Notes under the pieces: generated by a model | What the model was told of the DNA's origin: nothing | The model's database searches: none | What the model saw: only the letters and a program-made list of their open reading frames with translations | Assembly: GCF_009914755.1 (NCBI RefSeq) | Contig: NC_060937.1 | Strand: one strand, 5' to 3' | Source: the human T2T-CHM13v2.0 reference genome, Homo sapiens | Length of the DNA: 64,000 nt | Shown here: positions 61,290-64,000 of the stretch, in pieces | Position numbering within the stretch: position 1 is the stretch's first letter | Layout of the letters: each line of letters opens with the position of its first letter | Position numbers and translations under genes: made by a program

Positions 61290-61370
61290 GGTCTTAATCT
61301 GATTAACATGAGCTTGGGAAAGAGGTGCTAATGCTGACTTCACACCAAAGAGAAGCATGACCTTTAGTCT
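61290..61370. promoter_or_regulatory. Candidate enhancer motif cluster (homeodomain dimer, MAF half-site, NBRE)
   Basis: TTAATCTGATTAA 61294-61306, TGCTGAC 61332-61338, TGACCTTT 61358-61365. Confidence 0.3.
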
Positions 61371-61619
61371 CGGTGACTGTCCATCTCACTGGCATGGTTA
61401 CTTAGTGAGTGGAAGGATAACGCGCCTCGGATTTCCTAGAATTCAATATCATTGATTTACTATATGGCAACTTTTTTCCTGGGGAGGCATGGCAAACAGA
61501 TTATAGGCTTTAAACACAAAACAATAGCTATAGTATTATCTACCACTCACAGAAAATCACCTATATGTCACAAACTAGTTGGCGAGTGGGAATGAAAATT
61601 GGATAAGACCAGATATAAT

Positions 61620-61780
61620 AAAGATTGACTTTGAATTCAGAAAGATCTAGGTCTGAATCCTGGTTCTACAAATGACAATTAATTGGCTGTGACCCAATTA
61701 TTGAATGACTCAGAAATTCTGTTTTTTTTTCTCTAAAAATAGACATGATACTTAGCTTTTAAATTTGCTCTGATAATAAA
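61620..61780 (+). mobile_element. MIR SINE
   Basis: GACTTTGAATTCAGAAAGATCTAGGTCTGAATCCTGG..GCTGTGACC. Confidence 0.6.
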
Positions 61781-63214
61781 TACTATGACCATCAGAAAAA
61801 CTCAGGTCAATCAATACACTTGACCATCATAAGCTAACCAGTAAAATGTGGTGTTCTTCCTTTCCTTTTTCTTCCTTGCAATTTTATATTGTTGTTGATA
61901 TTTTTTTCTGACTCATAGTGTTCTCTGAAACTCTGTAATTATAAATGTGTAATTAAAAATCCAAAAATTAAATTTTTCTTACACATTCCCAATTTATATC
62001 CAATTTGAATAGCAGTGTGCCTAAACAATAGCTTTATAAATTTACAAGAAGGCATTATGTCAGAGTTCTTATACGTTATATTATCTGATATTTTCTGTTT
62101 TTATTAAAACATTGTAAAAGAATGTTTGCTATGTTATTGGAAAAGGAATTTTCATGACTTCAGAAATTTTATCTCTCAGTATGTAAATAAAGCTTATTTG
62201 TTCAATGTACACATATATCTTTGTGTCTATGTGTATACGTCCACACACACGTGCGAACATACACATCATCCAAGAAAAAGTTCTAGGCTTTTAAACAAGA
62301 GCCACAAAACCAGTGTCTTAGCTTCTCTGCAGGATATGATTGAACACTCCTTATCTTATTATAGTGACCCTGTGTTCTCCTGTGCCAAGTGTGCACGTCC
62401 CAGCTGTGAATTTAAACCCAATCTCATTTTAAGTTTCCATTGTACTCAGTATGATCCTCATTTTTCACTGCATTGCCCTCGTCAGGGCCATGGTCTAGTC
62501 TAGGACACTACCACTGATAAACCAAAAGCTGTAATTGAACTTATAACTACACATACTTTTCCTCCCGCCACAAAAGTATTCCTATAAATGAGAGCGAATA
62601 GACTTTCATGCTTTGAAGATGGTGGGTAATCTTAAATAGCAATAACAGCATGCCCATGATCAATGTCAAATAGAAACACTGTGTAACTGCCTCACATCTG
62701 ACTCTCAAACAGGTACAAGTAATTGTACTCATACGTTAGCACATCTTTGAAAAGCACTTTTAGATGGTGGAGATGGAGACCACCTGGCAAGGGAAGCCCA
62801 TATCCTGAAATTAATCAAATACAGCTAGACTGCAAATATATGCTTTCTAATAATTGTAAACACATGTACTCTCCTTGTTTTTAGGTGTATTTTTTAAAAA
62901 GAAAGGTCTTTCAATATTTATTGAATAAAGACTGCTTAAGGGGCATTTTAGTAGATAACCACAGCATAAGTTAGGGCCTTCCAACTGCACCTGACTTCAT
63001 GCTGCCCTCTTCTTCCTCTTCTTACATAGCTGTTCCCTGGGAGAGTCTGAGCTCTCACAGGGCCTCTCAAGAATCCTGAACCAAAATTTCAGGCTTAACT
63101 TGGTCCTCTCCTTCCTGTTCTTTCTCCCTTTATCTAAAACAGCAAGCACATTTGCACAGTTGTTCACATATAACTTCTTGCTACCCAGAAACTTTCATTC
63201 TTTTATGCAATAGA

Positions 63215-63630
63215 CATCAGCTCCCTACGGTGTGCTAGCATTATTCTAGATGCTGAGGACAAAGCACAAAGTTCATGATCTCGTGAATCTGACATTTCAA
63301 TGGCGAGACAGGAGTAAAAAAAAAACCAAATTTCAAATATATATATATATTATATATATATAGTGTGTATATATATATATATAGTATATAGTATATATAG
63401 TGTATATATATGGTATATATAGTATATACTATATATAATATAAGTGTTATAAAGAAAAATACAGCAAGGTATGGAATGCAACATGTTGTGGAGGGTGATT
63501 GCAAATGAAGTGGTCAAAGAGGGCCTCTCACAATAGAGCAGTGACCGGGATTATACAAGAAGAAGTATAGTCATGTGGCCGTCTTGGGAAGAGAGTCCAG
63601 GCACATACGGCTCAAGTGTCCTTTCAAGAC
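63215..63630 (-). mobile_element. L2 3' fragment containing a TA-rich repeat
   Basis: TTCTAGATGCTGAGGACAAAGCA..CTCGTGAATCTGACATT; GTGGTCAAAGAGGGCCTC. Confidence 0.6.
63338..63437. repeat. (TA)n/(TATAG)n low-complexity repeat
   Basis: Directly visible. Confidence 0.9.
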
Positions 63631-64000
63631 ACTAATGAAGCTACTAAACACGTGCCTAATCATATGGGGTAACACAGGAAGCTTAACAGAGTAAACCGTC
63701 TTGAATGAAGAGATGCATTTATTTCTGTTGTGACACTAATTTTCTAATTAACTTTTCAAAAAATTTTACAGAAATTAACTTTGAAGCTATCAGTTTCTCA
63801 GAGGTGTTTACTGCCTTAACGGCATCCATAACAACAACATTTTGTATCTGTGTATTTCTGTTGTTTGTTTTTTGTTTTTTGTTGTTTTTTTTTTTTTCTG
63901 CATGACAGCCCACCACTTCACTAGATGCTCAAAAAGTTTAACGAACATGTTTGCAAAATGGAGAAATGCTGTTTATTATGAGCTGTGTATGGGGGTATGA

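Noticed and set aside
62126-62503. 125-aa ORF
   Set aside because: TTG start, partly (GT/CA) low complexity, no recognisable family

Overview
This is AT-rich, CpG-depleted primate (very likely human or hominoid) non-coding DNA, either a large intron or intergenic. I found no recognisable cellular protein-coding exon, RNA gene, CpG island or CRISPR-like array. The window is dominated by interspersed repeats: about 16 Alu/FLAM copies, two L1PA3-like insertions, older L1M/L2/MIR remnants, MaLR/ERVL LTRs and hAT/Tigger DNA transposon fossils. Nearly all long ORFs in the track derive from Alu or L1. I see no evidence for a new multi-gene system. The best-supported oddities are mechanistic: an L1 3' transduction carrying an older L1 RT fragment, two twin-primed inverted L1s (one leaving a 563-codon chimeric RT ORF), a 258-bp perfectly identical tract between two otherwise ~4%-diverged L1s, and two ~150-bp local dispersed duplications of apparently unique DNA. 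There are also several motif-dense candidate regulatory elements and cryptic exons, which are inference only. Repeat subfamily names come from recalled consensus features, and boundaries of old repeats are approximate.
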